Of a stretch of 64,000 bases of DNA, positions 1-12,624 are shown in pieces. Position numbers and translations under genes: made by a program. Numbering within the stretch: position 1 is the stretch's first letter; the number at the start of each line of letters is the position of its first letter. The DNA is from Carcharhinus longimanus. Its lineage: Eukaryota. The stretch lies in the NCBI GenBank assembly GCA_030264375.1, contig JASCQW010000132.1:48178019-48242018 (forward strand). Direction: 5' to 3'. The notes beneath the pieces were generated by a model, which was not told the DNA's origin, ran no database searches, and saw only the letters and a list, made by a program, of their open reading frames with translations.

Positions 1-752
1 CCTCAGCCTTCTAAACTCCAACGAGTACAGGCCCAGTCTATTCAATCTCTCCTCATAGGCTAACCCCCTCATCTCCGTTATCAGCCTAGTGAACCTTCTC
101 TGCACTCTATCCCTAATCAGTCCTTGCATCTCTAAATGCCTATCGATCCTGTCTCTCAAAATACCTTCCAACAATTTACCCACCACAGATGTGAGGCTCA
201 TTGGCATGTCATCCCCAGGCTTTTCCCTGCAGTCCTTTTTAAACAAAGGCACAACATTTGCCACTCTCCAATCTTCAGGCATCCCACCTGTGACTATCGA
301 TAATTCAAATATCTCTGCTAGGGGACCCACAATTTCATAAGAACATAAGAAATAAGAACATAAGAAATAGGAGCCATTCAATAAGATCATGGCTGATCTG
401 TCGTGGCTCAGTTCCTCCCTAGCCTCCCACAATATCTTGGGATACACTTCATCAGATCCTGGGAATTTATCTATCTTGATGTGCTTTAAGACTTCCAGCA
501 CCTCCTTCTCTGTAATATGTACACTCCTCAAGACATCACAATTTATTTTCCCAAGTGCCCTAACATCCATGCTTTTCTCCTGCCTGCCTTGCTCTTTACT
601 CTAAGAGGAACATGTTTATCCTGAACTCTGGTTAACACACTTTTGAAAGGGTGCTACTTACCAGCCGTCCTTTTGCCTTCCCACAGACTCCCCAATTAAC
701 TTTTGAAAGTTCCTGCCTGATACCATCAAAATTTGCCTTGCCCCAATTTAGA
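1..752 (-). mobile_element. CR1/HER1-type LINE fragments (ORF2 RT region), with a small nested LINE tail at ~336-410
   Basis: The minus strand shows decayed CR1 RT-like sequence. The repeated cataagaa units at ~336-370 are the reverse complement of a CR1 (TTCTTATG)n tail. Confidence 0.8.
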
Positions 753-756
753 ATTT

Positions 757-835
757 GTCAGTCATGGTTGAATGGCAGAGCAGATTCGATTTGCTGAATG
801 GTCTAATTCTGCTCCTATATCTTATGGTCTTATGA
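757..835 (+). mobile_element. CR1/HER1 LINE 3' tail fragment
   Basis: gaatggcagagcagattcg...ctaattctgctcctatatcttatggtcttatg; the same tail recurs at 17130-17195. Confidence 0.7.
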
Positions 836-1165
836 TTAACCACTAAGGACCACAGCCATCTTTCTTTGTGATAGGTATGACTCCAACCAGTGGAGAATTT
901 TCTTCTCCTTCCCACTCACTTCAGTTTTGCCCAGGCTTCTTGATATCACACTCAGTCGAACGTTGCCTTGGTTTCTAGGACAGTCACATCCACCTCCCCT
1001 CTTGAATTCAGCTCTGTTGTCCATGCTTGAACCAATGAGGTCATGAGCTGAATGACCCTGGCAGAACACAAACTGAGTGTCAGTGAGCAGGTTATTGCTG
1101 AGAAAGTGCCACTTGAAAAGTCTGTTGATGACCCTTTTCATCATTTTACTGCTGATCGAGAGTAG
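836..1165 (-). mobile_element. LINE family A (CR1/L2 supergroup) RT fragment, inverted segment
   Basis: The minus-strand translation includes NNLLTDTQF.F.QGHSA.DLI and LHWLESYLSQRKMAVV. Confidence 0.8.
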
Positions 1166-2222
1166 CTTAGCACAAAGGAAAATGACTGCGGTTATTAGAA
1201 ACCAATTANNNNNNNNNNNNNNNNNCACTGCAGGAGTTCCTCAGGGTAGTGTTCAAGGGCTAGCGACCTTCAGCTGCTTCACCAATGACTTTTTCTCTGC
1301 CATACAGTCAGAAGTGGGGATGTTCACTGATGCTTGCACAATGATAAGTTCCATTCCCAAATCCCCAGATGATGAAACAGTCTGCCACATACAGCAAGAC
1401 CTAGAGAGCATTCAGCCTTGAGCTAATAAGTGGTAAGTAATGTTGCCCCAAATAAATGTCAGGCAATGAGAACCCCAACAAGAAAGAATCTAACCAGTTA
1501 CCTTTTACATTCAATAGCATTACCATCGTTGAATCTCCCCAGTGTTAATATTCCAAGGGTTACCATTGATCAGAAACCAAACTAGATCAGCCATGTAAAT
1601 ACTGTGGCTACAAGAACAAGTCAGAGGCTGGGAGCTTTGCAGGAAATAATTCACTCCTGACCCCCTGAAACTTTGTTATTATTGATAGTGAAGAAGTCAG
1701 ACATGTGATGGAATACACTGCAGTGCCTGAATGAATGCAGCTTCAAGGACATTCAAGAAGCTCAACACTATCCAGAACTTGTTTGATTGGTACCCCATCC
1801 AGCAACATTCACTATCACCACTACTGACAGAGAGTGGCAAAAGTATATACCATCTACAAATGTATGCTGCAATTCACCAAAGTATCTCTAAGAGCATCCN
1901 NNNNNNNNNNNNNNNNNNNNNNNNNNNNNNNNNNNNNNNNNNNNNNNNNNNNNNNNNNNNNNNNNNNNNNNNNNNNNNNNNNNNNNNNNNNNNNNNNNNT
2001 CTCTAAGAGCATCCTCCAAACCCAAGGCAACTACCACCAAGCATCACAAGGGCAATAGATGCATGGAAATATCACCATCTGCAGGTTTCTCTCTGAGTTG
2101 CAAGCCAATGTGATTTGGAACTATATCACTGTTCTTTCAATATCACCAGCTCAACAACCTGGAACCCACCGACCCCCACCACCACCAACAGCACTTTGGG
2201 TGTACCTACACCAGATGGGTTG
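1166..2222 (+). mobile_element. LINE family A RT C-terminal region and 3' part
   Basis: Translates to LAQRKM...TAGVPQGSVQG...FTND...VGMFTDACT (degenerate GVPQGS and FADD motifs). Confidence 0.85.
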
Positions 2223-3355
2223 CCCTTGACATCAAGGGTACATTTAACTGAACATGTCATCAAGGAGCCACAGCAAAACTGAAGTCAGGGGAAAACACTC
2301 AATTAGTTGGAGTCATACCTGACACAAAGGAAGATGGTTGTGGTTGTTGGAGGTCAATCATCTCAGTCCCAGGACATCATTACAGGAGTTTCTCATGGTA
2401 GTGTCCTAGGCTCACCCATCTCCACTGCTTCATCAATGGCCAGCCTTCCTTCCATTACAAGGTCAATAGTGGGACTTTTCATTAATGATTGCATATGTCC
2501 AATGTCATTCACAATTCCTCAGATGCTAAAACAGTCCACGTCCATATGCAGCATGACCTTGACAATATTCAGTCTTGTGCTGACAAGTGATAAATGACAT
2601 TCACGCCACACAAGTGGCAGGCAATGACCATCTCCAGCAAGAAATAATCTAACCATCATCCCTTGACATAATAACATTACTATCTTGAATTCCTGCTAAC
2701 AACATTCTAGAGGTTACCATTGACCAGAAACTGAACTGGACCAGTCATATAAATACTTTGGCTACAAGGTCAGGTCAGTGGCAAGGAAATCTGTAGTGAA
2801 TAACTCACTTCCTGACTCCCTAAAAGCCTGTACACCATTTACAAGGCACAAGTCTAAGTGTAAAGAAATATGAAAAGATGAGTGCCGCTCCAATAACACT
2901 CAAGGAGCTGGACACCATCCAGAACAAGGCAATGCACTTGATTAGCATCTCCTCCACCACCTCCAACATTCAACCTGTCCATTACTGATACACAGGGGCA
3001 TCAGTTTGTACCACCTGCAAGATGCAATACAGCAACTCACCAAGACTCTGAGCATCTTTCAAACTTGCGACCCCTGTCACCTAGAAGGTCAAGGAGATGC
3101 ATGGGAACACCACCACCTGCAAATTCACTTCCAAGTCACATACTACGCTGCCTTGGAACTATATTGCCATTCTTTCATTGTCACTGGGTCAAAATCCTGG
3201 ATCTGCCTCACTAACAGTACTTTAGGTGTATGTACACCACGTGGACTGCAGCAGTTCAAAGTGGCAGCTCGCCAACATCTTCTCATGAGCGTTTGAGGAT
3301 GGGACATAAATGCTGGACTGGTGAGTGACATATCCTGTGAAATAATTAAAAAGAA
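2223..3355 (+). mobile_element. LINE family A, second 5'-truncated copy with 3' tail
   Basis: Translates to LDIK...ESYLTQRKMVVVVGGQSSQSQDIITGVSHGSVLG; ends in ggatgggacataaatgctgg...aataattaaaaag. Confidence 0.85.
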
Positions 3356-4754
3356 GTGACGTCTGACCAAAATGTTCTTTTCTTCTAAATTCTCAAACAA
3401 GAATTATTTTGTACAAAATTGGTCATAATTATAAATTATGCAATAGCAATAACAAAGTGTGCAGCCAAATTAGAATGAAAATGTATATTGATATCTAAAC
3501 AACTTCAGAAAGCAAAGTCCTCCAGTTAACGGACGCAGTCATCTGTTATCACTTGAACTTCTGTTAAGGGCATTTTCAACCTACCTTAATTAAGTGGGAG
3601 GCCCAGCACTATCCAGATAAGTGCCTAATTATCTGGCCATTGCAGCAGGTCTCCCATAGGGAAGCACTGTAGGGGATCCCACTGGTTTTGCAAACAATGG
3701 GCGAGACCCAGTGACACTCATTAAATTCCACCCATAGTCTCCAAGGTTACCACAAGAGAAAGTTTAAATAGGCACCATCCATTTAATTGTTTAAGAACTC
3801 AGAAATTCAGTCAGCTGAAATAAATGCTTCATAATTACAACATACAAAGTATTTCTAATGAATGTAATGAAAATGATTTTAATTACTGCAGGAACTGATT
3901 ACTTTTCCCAGAATAGATGGATTCTAAGAGCGAAAGGATTGAGGAGAATCAATTCAGCCCAAGCGGGGCAGAAACTTTCTTTGTTTGCAATTTTTAATGG
4001 AAAGANNNNNNNNNNNNNNNNNNNNNNNNNNNNNNNNNNNNNNNNNNNNNNNNNNNNNNNNNNNNNNNNNNNNNNNNNNNNNNNNNNNNNNNNNNNNNNN
4101 NNNNNTAGATTAATATAGACAGTTTCCAAAACAAATACAGAGTGCTAATGGACAATTCATCCATTTTTAATATGGCTCTGAATATTCTTAACACCCTAAA
4201 GACAGCTTAGTGGAAAGTTATGAGAAAATCATTTTTTATTTGTTATGGCCTTGTTAGACTTGTTGGTGGGAAGAATCCAGAGCTCCAGAATCAAATCAAA
4301 ATGTGAGAATTTTATTCCAGGTTAGACCTCAAGTTTGTGAGCTGAATTAAAAATTATTAGCGCAGAACCGAAGAGCACACAGCAGTTTCTTTTTGTCGCA
4401 GTAGTGACATTGGCAGGAATATTGAAGTGTAGCAGGAAGAGATAGAGAAGAAGAAAAAGGAAAAGAAGGCATTAGCCTCAGCTATGCTTCAAGGGAGAGG
4501 AAATAGAGGGCAGGAGTCTTTGATCTCATTTGTTCCTGTTCCTCTGCCAGTCAGAATGAGGAATTTGGTGCTCAGCCAAACTCCATTCACTGCAGTGGCA
4601 CCCGAGAATCCCAGCCATGGATGAGGTCAGAGGTTTTGGGCGAGGGGCACATTAAAGCCATGGGTTTAACAGGGCCGTTTTGAACAACTGAGGGGGATAG
4701 GGTGAACATCATATCCATCAGATGTAATTTACAAAGGGTAAGTATGGTCCGTGG

Positions 4755-5945
4755 CTAACAAATCTGATTGAATTTGTTTTGAACCGATGGCTGAAATATT
4801 GGACAGGAATGTATATAGGTGTTATTCATACAGACATTTGATAAAGTCCTTTTGTGAGAGACTGTTGGCCGAAGTTGAAATTCATGGAATTGAAGACATA
4901 TTATTGACTTAGTGTGGGATTCAGGGTGCCGGTTCATTAACCGCATAAAGGGGAGGACAATTTGGACGATCGACTGAGGATTTTTGATTAGGAGTCCTTA
5001 CCTCTGTATCATGACATAAGGATTTGACATCCTGGATTCAGTCCAATAGGCCTTTAGCAGTCCCTGTTTGGGCACCAATTGTAAAATTTGCTTGCCTTGT
5101 ACTTGAAAAGGAGGAAGTTAACTGATCAAAGGGCACGTACACTAATTGATGAGATGTGACCATAAATGTCACACAAGGATTTGTGTTGAGGCCACGGCTA
5201 TTCGATTACTCTACATTTAGTATTCATCTTTCCTGATGACATTGTGGATAGTGCAGATGGAAATTTTTACATACAGATACTGATTGATTAAGTGGGCAAA
5301 AGTGTGAGAAATGTATCTCAACATCGGCAAGTGTGAGTCATCTTGTCATAACATAAAAAGGCTAGAACAGGGCACTTTATAAATTGTGAAAAGCTAGAAA
5401 CAGGGCAGGTCAAAAGAAACTTGGGTGTTCACTGAAGTGTAATGAACAGGTACAGAAAATAAACAGCAAGGCTAATGGAATGTTGGACTAGAGGACTAGA
5501 ATATAAAAAGTGGAAGTCATCTTTCAGTTATACAATTTCCTTGTCGGACTGCACCTAAACTACTAGGAGTAATTTTGGGTATCATGCCTCGGAAAGGATA
5601 TATTGACGTTGGGAGAAGTGATGTGTGGATTTACTGGACTCGTTTCTGGACTCCAGGCACTAAGCTATGAAGAGGGATTGAACCTATTGGGTTGTATTCC
5701 ATGAACTTTCAAGATGAAGATCACGAAGCCTACATTGGCAGAAACTATTTCAATTAGTTGTGGAATCTTGGACTAGGGTCAAAAATATTTTTCTTGCAGA
5801 CAGCAGTACAAGTTTGAAACTCCACAAACAGCAATTGATGTTAGATCAATTGTTAATTTTAAAATTCAGATTGATAGGTTTTTATGAGCCAAAGGTGTTT
5901 AGGTTTCCAAGGTGAAAGCACTATTAATCAGCCATTCAATGGTGC
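4755..5945 (+). mobile_element. Highly decayed CR1 LINE ORF2 and 3' end
   Basis: Remnants of NLIEF, FDKV, LLAEVEIHGIE and later CR1 C-terminal-like sequence, with many stops and frameshifts. Confidence 0.6.
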
Positions 5946-7380
5946 AACAATTGGGCTGTTTTAATTCAAGAGCCTCATTTGCATTCCAACAGTTAACTGC
6001 CTATCTGAAATAGACAGAAAAGGGCAACTGATCAGATAAATCAAAATCATAGAGTCTGGAGGTTACAACCACAATGATCTTGAGTTAACAGGTGGAGATT
6101 GGGGCTATTTCATAGGTGGGAATGAAGAATCACCTGAAACAGAGGCCCAGATCCATTGTGGGATCTGGAAAAGCACTCCTGCTTCCATTAGTGATAGGCC
6201 TACCTTCGAAGGTCTCGTGTTTCTCCAGGCTGATTTTTACTGAGCAGAGTGCCTGCTGCAAGCAAGTGGGGATGTTTTAATTTCTGTTTAACTTTCTGAA
6301 ATGTGAGGTACTCCTGATTTCACCTAGTCTTGGCCACATTGCACCTATGCCTGTTTAATGGCTATCAATCATGTTATTTGTTTCTAATTGTGCCATCAAT
6401 TAATTTACCTGGCTATGAATATTGCATATTTTCAGATAATGAACCTTTAATTGTGTCTTTTCACCATTTTCCCTACTCTGATTCTAATTGCTAGTGCACC
6501 CCTATGTTTGCACGTAATTCCTTCCTCTTACACTCTAGCTGTCGTTAGCTATATCACTACTTTGCACTATTGTCTGTTCTTTCTCTTTTATTTTCTAACA
6601 GCTCTGCCCCCATTTACTATGTAGCATCCTAATTTCCATGAAGTATTAACAAGGCTTCTATGTGAGTCTGCTAGGCTCTTTGGGCCACTTATAAAAAGGC
6701 TCCAGTTACAGATGGTGCAAGGGAGGAATTGAGAGAGAATGGGACAATAAGTCTTGCATGATTATTTTAACAATTGGCCCAACCCATTCTTGCCAATTTT
6801 TTTTTGGCAAAACAATTAAATTAAATCAAATTAACTGATGGAAAAATCAAGAACGGAAGTGCCTGAAACAAAAGGCAAAATAGAAAGGAAACTTGAAACA
6901 TCAAACTGAAATGTGATTAAAAGGGGTCAATAATGCACCCCAGCCCCTGTGCCACCCCAAGCCATTCTTGCCAGGGTGAGTGGGCTTCAATCCTTCTTAT
7001 AAATTACCTCTGAAGGAGATATATTTCTCCACCCCGCCGCCACCCCCCCCCCCCCCGTCCCCGTTTTATNNNNNNNNNNNNNNNNNNNNNNNNNNNNNNN
7101 NNNNNNNNNNNNNNNNNNNNNNNNNNNNNNNNNNNNNNNNNNNNNNNNNNNNNNNNNNNNNNNNNNNNNNNNNNNNNNNNNNNNNNNNNNNNNNNNNNNN
7201 NNNTTCCACACCCCAACCACTCTCTGAGCGAAGAATCTACCTCGGACATCCCTCCTATATCTCCCACCATGAACCTTATATTTATTTTGAACACTTCAGT
7301 CCTTTGATCTGATGAAAAGAGTTTCTGTTTCTTTAGTTTCTCCTTGTAATAAAACCTCTCACTGCTGGAATCATAATTTT

Positions 7381-7660
7381 TCATAAGATCCCTACAGAAG
7401 GAGGTCATTCGGCCCATCAAGCTGCAATAACAACAATGCCACCCAGGCCCTACCTCCTTAACTCTACAAATTTTATGCTACTAATCCCTCTGACACTAAG
7501 GGACAATTTAACAATTAACTTTACCCTCACGTTTTGGATTGTGGGAGGAAACCCATGCAGGTGTGGGGAGAATGTGCAAACTCCACACAGATATTCACCC
7601 AAGCTAGGAACCGAACTGGATCCCTGGTACTGTGGCAACCACTGTGCCACTAAGCTGCCT
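7381..7660 (-). mobile_element. HE1-type V-SINE
   Basis: Reverse complement of the tRNA-like head and the V-domain core tgtgtggagtttgcacattctcccc. Confidence 0.85.
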
Positions 7661-8384
7661 CTTTGTCCTTGACATTTTCCCTGAAGTAAAGCACCAGAAT
7701 TGAACCCAATATTCTATTTGTAGCTTAACCAATGATTCACGTATGTTGACAATATTTCCTCATTTGCACTTTAAGCCTTTATTCATCACAGCAAGCAGTT
7801 GCCTCGACATGGCAGAGGAAAGGCCCGCGTTGAAAACACTGGTTTACATTTCAGAAAGAGGCTACTTGGCCCATCTTGTCTGTGCTGGCTAAAGAAAAAA
7901 CCACCATGTCCAATCCAAGTTTCCAGCATATTGTCCAAAGCCCTGGAGGTTATGATACTTGAGGTGTAGATATGTAACAGTATAGTCCATGGGAAGTTTG
8001 TGTTAGGGCAGCATTTCTACTTTGAACTACAATCAATGCCACCTCAACACAATGCCTTGCTGTGCTTCAGCCTATGCTATCCCTCCTGTCTCTTCTTACA
8101 CATCCTCCACTTCATTATCCATGTTGCAACGTAAGTTTTGACTTGCTTTGCAGTTGTACGGAAAGCAGCAAGCGACCTTAGATATTCTCTTGGGGTTATA
8201 GTGTAGGCACCCAAAAAACAAAGCATTGCTTTAAGAACCTGCAGGTATGTTTCACAAGATATCATGCCTAGAGCATATATTATTGTGCTACCTTTCTACC
8301 TTGGTGTCCTATGGAGCGATCATAGATAATAACTTTGTCCAGAGTCAGTCATCCATTCTTCCCGCTCCTTTAAAGAATGGGGGA

Positions 8385-8730
8385 GACAATGGCGTAGTTA
8401 CTAATTGTTACTAATAGTTTCATGATCTAGGCTAATATTCTGGAACCTGGGTTTGAAACCCACCATGTTGAAATTTAAATTAAATAAAAATCTGGAATTA
8501 AATGTTTAACGTTGACTATGAAACCATTGCCAATTGTTGTAAAAACCCATGTGGTTCACTGATGTTCTTTATGGACAGAAATCTGCCATCCTTACCTGTT
8601 CTGGCCTCCATGTGACTCCAGATCCACAGCAATGCAGTCTTAAATGGTCTTAACAAGACCGGGCAATTAGGGATGGGCAATAAATGCTGGCCCAGCCAGT
8701 GATGTCCACATCCCATGAATGAATTTTTAA
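8385..8730 (+). mobile_element. tRNA-derived SINE family B (tail shared with LINE family A)
   Basis: B-box-like gggtttgaaaccc; body aaacccat.tggttcact..tg; tail gggcaattagggatgggcaataaatgctggcccagccagtgat. Confidence 0.8.
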
Positions 8731-9190
8731 AAATCACCATTGGAGCTGAACATCCTTGCCCTTGATGGTGCATGCACATCCTTTGCTTGTGTAATGGATT
8801 TAAATCCCTGCCCATTCACAGGGTTCTCTGTACTCTTGGGTGCCTTCAATGAAGACCCACATTTTTTGGGAACCTAGACCTGGCAGAAGTGCTGAGTTGC
8901 TTCAAGTTGTGACAAATGTTTTCCCCCCAGCAAACATTATTTGTAGTGACCTGCTTACTGCGAAGTAAATGGGGAACTGACTCATCTGACTGATGTCTGT
9001 GTAGTGACCTAAAATTAGCACATTTCAATGTGTCTGTGACTTTAACTATATCAAATAGGTTTGTCCCTGTGCTGGATGTTGCTTGTAGCTCAACTTCAAA
9101 TGTATGCTCAACCTGACAACTCCCTCCTTGTTTAGTCGATGACAGCGACAATCCCTTGTGAGTAGAAGTTTACTTGCCTCTCTTCCCTCC

Positions 9191-9492
9191 AAGAATCATA
9201 GAGTCCTTACAGTGCAGAAGAAGGCTATTTGACCTATCAAGTATGCACTGACCATGATCCCACCCAGGCCCTATCCCACAACTCCTCATATTTCCCCTGC
9301 CAAACCTCTGACATTGGGGTTAATTTAGCATAGCCAATTAACCTAACCTTTAGACTGTGAGAGGAAACCAGACCACCCAGAGGAAACCCATGTTGACATG
9401 GCGAGAATGTGCAAACTCCGCACAGACAGTGAGCTAAGGCTGGGATTTGAACCCGGTTCCCCAGCGCTGTGAGGCAGCAGTGCTAACCACTA
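9191..9492 (-). mobile_element. HE1-type V-SINE
   Basis: Reverse complement of gtggttagcactgctgcctcacagcg...gggttcaaatccc, the V-domain, and a CR1-type ctatgattct tail. Confidence 0.9.
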
Positions 9493-9688
9493 TCAGAATA
9501 CATCTGTCTCCTCCAATCCCATGGCCAATACTTATTGCAGTTGCAGCAGGAATGCTGCTGTGAAAGGCCAGGATCAAATGAGTATTGGATGGAAAGAAAT
9601 CAGTAGGAAGTGGCTGAAACCTCTCACACAGATAACAATATTTACTTACAACTGAAAAGAAATGTGATATATAGCTGTTTTGCTAATA

Positions 9689-9972
9689 GGGGGTGGCATG
9701 GTAGCACAGTGGTTAGCACTGTGTTTCACAGAGTAGGGTCCGAGATTCGATTCCCAGCTTGGGTTACTGTCTGTGTGGAGTTTGCACATTCTCCCTATGT
9801 CTGTGTGGATTTTTTCCAAGTACTCTGGTTTCCTCCCAGTCTGAAAGACATGCTGGTTAGGTGCATTGACCCAAACAGGTGCCAGACTGCAGCAACTGGG
9901 GGAATTTCACAGTAACTTCATTGAAGTGTTAATGTAAGCCTTACTTGTGCCTAATAAATTAACTTTAACTTT
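9689..9972 (+). mobile_element. V-SINE with alternative tail
   Basis: HE1 head and V-core, then ggggaatttcacagtaacttcattgaagtgttaatgtaagccttacttgtg..aataaa. Confidence 0.85.
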
Positions 9973-11225
9973 AGCTAATATACATCATTGGTGGCATCAG
10001 ATCACCTATCTCTAGAACTCAAGAAGAGATGCCTCTAGATGAGGTCTTGTGATTATCTATCGCTCTACGTAGTTATAAATAATTATAAACATTTGGAAGT
10101 TCCTGGATGCCTTAATCTCTGTCAAACACACTCTGGATCGATTTCTGATCGTACTTCAAGTTGTTCCTAGGCCTGAAGAGCACAGAGAATTTTAATTAGT
10201 CTTCACCTTATCTTCACTTTTTCCAGCAATTATTTTTGTTAATCTTCAAATATACCTGGACATAGTTGCCACTGCTTCTGACAGGTTCAGACCGTGGAAG
10301 ATTTTGTTTCTTAGTTCCAGGGTTTAAGTGATGGAAGCCAAGTTGCTTTGAGAATTCCTACATAACATTTTGTCAAGTATCTCCACAGGAAGGAAGCTCC
10401 ACCCTCTCAAGATATGGACTTTGGAGCCAAATTTTGACTTTGGGCTCACTAACCCTCAGAAAGGGCAGGTCGGACACCAGTTCAGGCAGTGGAGAAGCTT
10501 TTATTTTTGAATGTCAGGCATTGGCAAGTGACTTCCAAGGCCATGGACAAGATCCTGGCATAGGTGGCTGGATTAAAGAGCCAAGTTCAGACTGGGTTCA
10601 CCAACAATGAGGCGTGTTGCCAGGACAGCAGTGTGGATCAGTCAGACACAAGAACACACGTGAGTGAGCAGCAGCAGTCCAGATTACTCTTAAAAATCAA
10701 AGTGAAACACTTACATCCGATGCACCGTTTCAGTTCCAATGGATTTTCAAGTGTCAATGAATTGGTTTTGGGCTGACAAAGGTGACCACAGTTTCTCATG
10801 GATAATGCTCCCTCTAAAATTTGTCTCAAATTTGAGGCCTCTCAAAGTGTGGCAGCTCATCAGAAAATGCCAGTGCTGTTGTCTACAACCCTCTGCTACA
10901 AGTGAGGTTTTACTGTGGTGCAGAGTCTCGGAAAGTACACCTTACATTTGTTCATTAATCTGTGAAATAAAGCTTGATTGTGGCTCTACTGCCACCCAGT
11001 GTCTTTGACAGTAATTTAACAATGAACATTTTTAATACTTTTTGTTATGGGGACTGATAAATTCAGGAACTGGGGTATCCAAAAAAAAAGTAAACAGTAA
11101 CGTTAGACCACTATAAAGAACAAAGATGTGGAAGGGTATCTGATTATTAAGGCTCATGTGTCCAGCAACCTAATTCTCTCAACAACTTCATTGATGTAGC
11201 ACCTTTGGACAACACAAATTATAAG

Positions 11226-11445
11226 GGCAGCACGGTGGCACAGTGGTTAGCACTGCTGCCTCACAGTGCCAGATTTGATTCCTGGCTTGGGTCACCATCT
11301 GTGTGGAGTTTGCACATTCTCCCCATGTCTGCGTGGGTTTCCTCTGGGTGCTCCAGTTTCCTCCCACAGCCCAATGATGTGCGGGTTAGGTGGATTGGCC
11401 ATGTTAAATTGTCCGTTAAAGTCAGGGCGACAGCTAGGGGAAATC
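11226..11445 (+). mobile_element. V-SINE (alternative-tail type, truncated)
   Basis: ggcagcacggtggcacagtggttagcactgctgcctcacagtgccag plus V-core; ends at ctaggggaaat. Confidence 0.9.
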
Positions 11446-11451
11446 CTAGCT

Positions 11452-11622
11452 GAAAACGGAACATGCTGGGAATAATCAGCAGATCTGACAAAATCTGTGG
11501 AGAAAGAAACAGAGTTAATATTTTCATTTGAATATGACTTCTTCAGAACTGACCAGACCTATTGAGTGTTGCAGCAGCTTGTTTTTATTTCTGATTTCCA
11601 GCATTGGCAATATTTTGCTTTA
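11452..11622. mobile_element. Penelope-like terminal (pLTR) fragments in inverted arrangement
   Basis: atgctgggaataatcagcagatctg..., then the opposite-sense ...gacctattgagtgtt...ttccagcat. Confidence 0.65.
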
Positions 11623-11639
11623 ATTCTTGAGATTCTGAT

Positions 11640-11935
11640 TTAGAATAGCAGTATCTGAAGTGAAAGTACAGGACAAGTGAAAAGGACTGACTGAAAACAT
11701 GATGAAAGACTTGTCAAAATGGGGAGTAAGGCACTGAGGTCAAATGGCTTAGAAAGAAAATTCCAGAATTAATTGGCATGGTAGCTGAAAGCACTGTTAG
11801 CACCGATGGAGCACTTGGGGAATATGATGAGTGAAACAAAATTAATAGAGCAGAGAATGACAGTACTTGCATACATCTAGAAAAGATGTAGACAGAAGTG
11901 AGGTGGAGTGACACAGATTTCAAATTCCATGTGTG
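11640..11935 (-). mobile_element. Old L2 LINE 3' fragment
   Basis: aaattccagaatt...gctgaaagcac...caccgatgg resembles the reverse complement of an L2 ORF2 end. Confidence 0.45.
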
Positions 11936-12374
11936 AGGGCTGGTTGAGAATGGAAAGGAGCGGTATAGGCCTGAATGTTTAAGATAGCTGAGACTTGGCC
12001 CCCGCCATCCAAAGAGTCGGCAGGGAACGCAACTCCACCGACCCCAATTACTCAGGATTAAGTCCTGCCTTGGAAAACTAGCAGCCAATCAGATTGGTCA
12101 GCAGATTTCCAGTCCCTCCAGACATAGTGCTGCAGTAGGTGGAGAGTAAATGTTGGCAATGGTAGCAGAATGGGCTCTTTGTGGAATGTTAACTAGGTAA
12201 TAGGACTGAGAGAATGGTGAAGTCATAGGGTGGAACAAACAGAGGCTCCAGATGTGCCGGATGGTAATGTCATCCTTGGTCATTCCAATCATAATGATGC
12301 TCCTGACCAATGACATATCCTGGCTACTGGTCTGCAAGACATACAATTGCATTCATGCCATTAATTCTCTAAAG

Positions 12375-12615
12375 CATATCGTATTCTGGGCTTTATTTAT
12401 AGGGGCATGGCATACAAGAGCAAGGAGGTTAAACTAAACTTATATAAAACATGAGTTAGACCTCAGCTGGAGTATCATGTACAGCTCTGAATATCACACT
12501 ATAGGAAAAATGTGGATGCATTGGAGAGAGTGTAGAAGAGGTTTACAAGTATGGTTCCGGGGTGAGAAACTTCAGTTATGTGGATTAATTAGAGAGGTTG
12601 GGACTGTTGTCCTGT
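12375..12615 (+). mobile_element. CR1 LINE ORF2 C-terminal fragment
   Basis: LYKT.VRPQLEY.VQ.W-like sequence and ttggagagagtg..gaagaggtttaca. Confidence 0.75.
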
Positions 12616-12624
12616 AATAGACGC

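Noticed and set aside
1885-2014. 15-bp direct repeat tctctaagagcatcc around a 100-N run
   Set aside because: Exactly 100 Ns with identical flanks suggests an unmerged contig overlap; a hidden insertion cannot be shown from this sequence.
8153-8244. Exon-like segment (ttgcag|...cag|gtatgt)
   Set aside because: Stops in all three frames and no supporting neighbouring exons; cannot be told from chance without RNA data.
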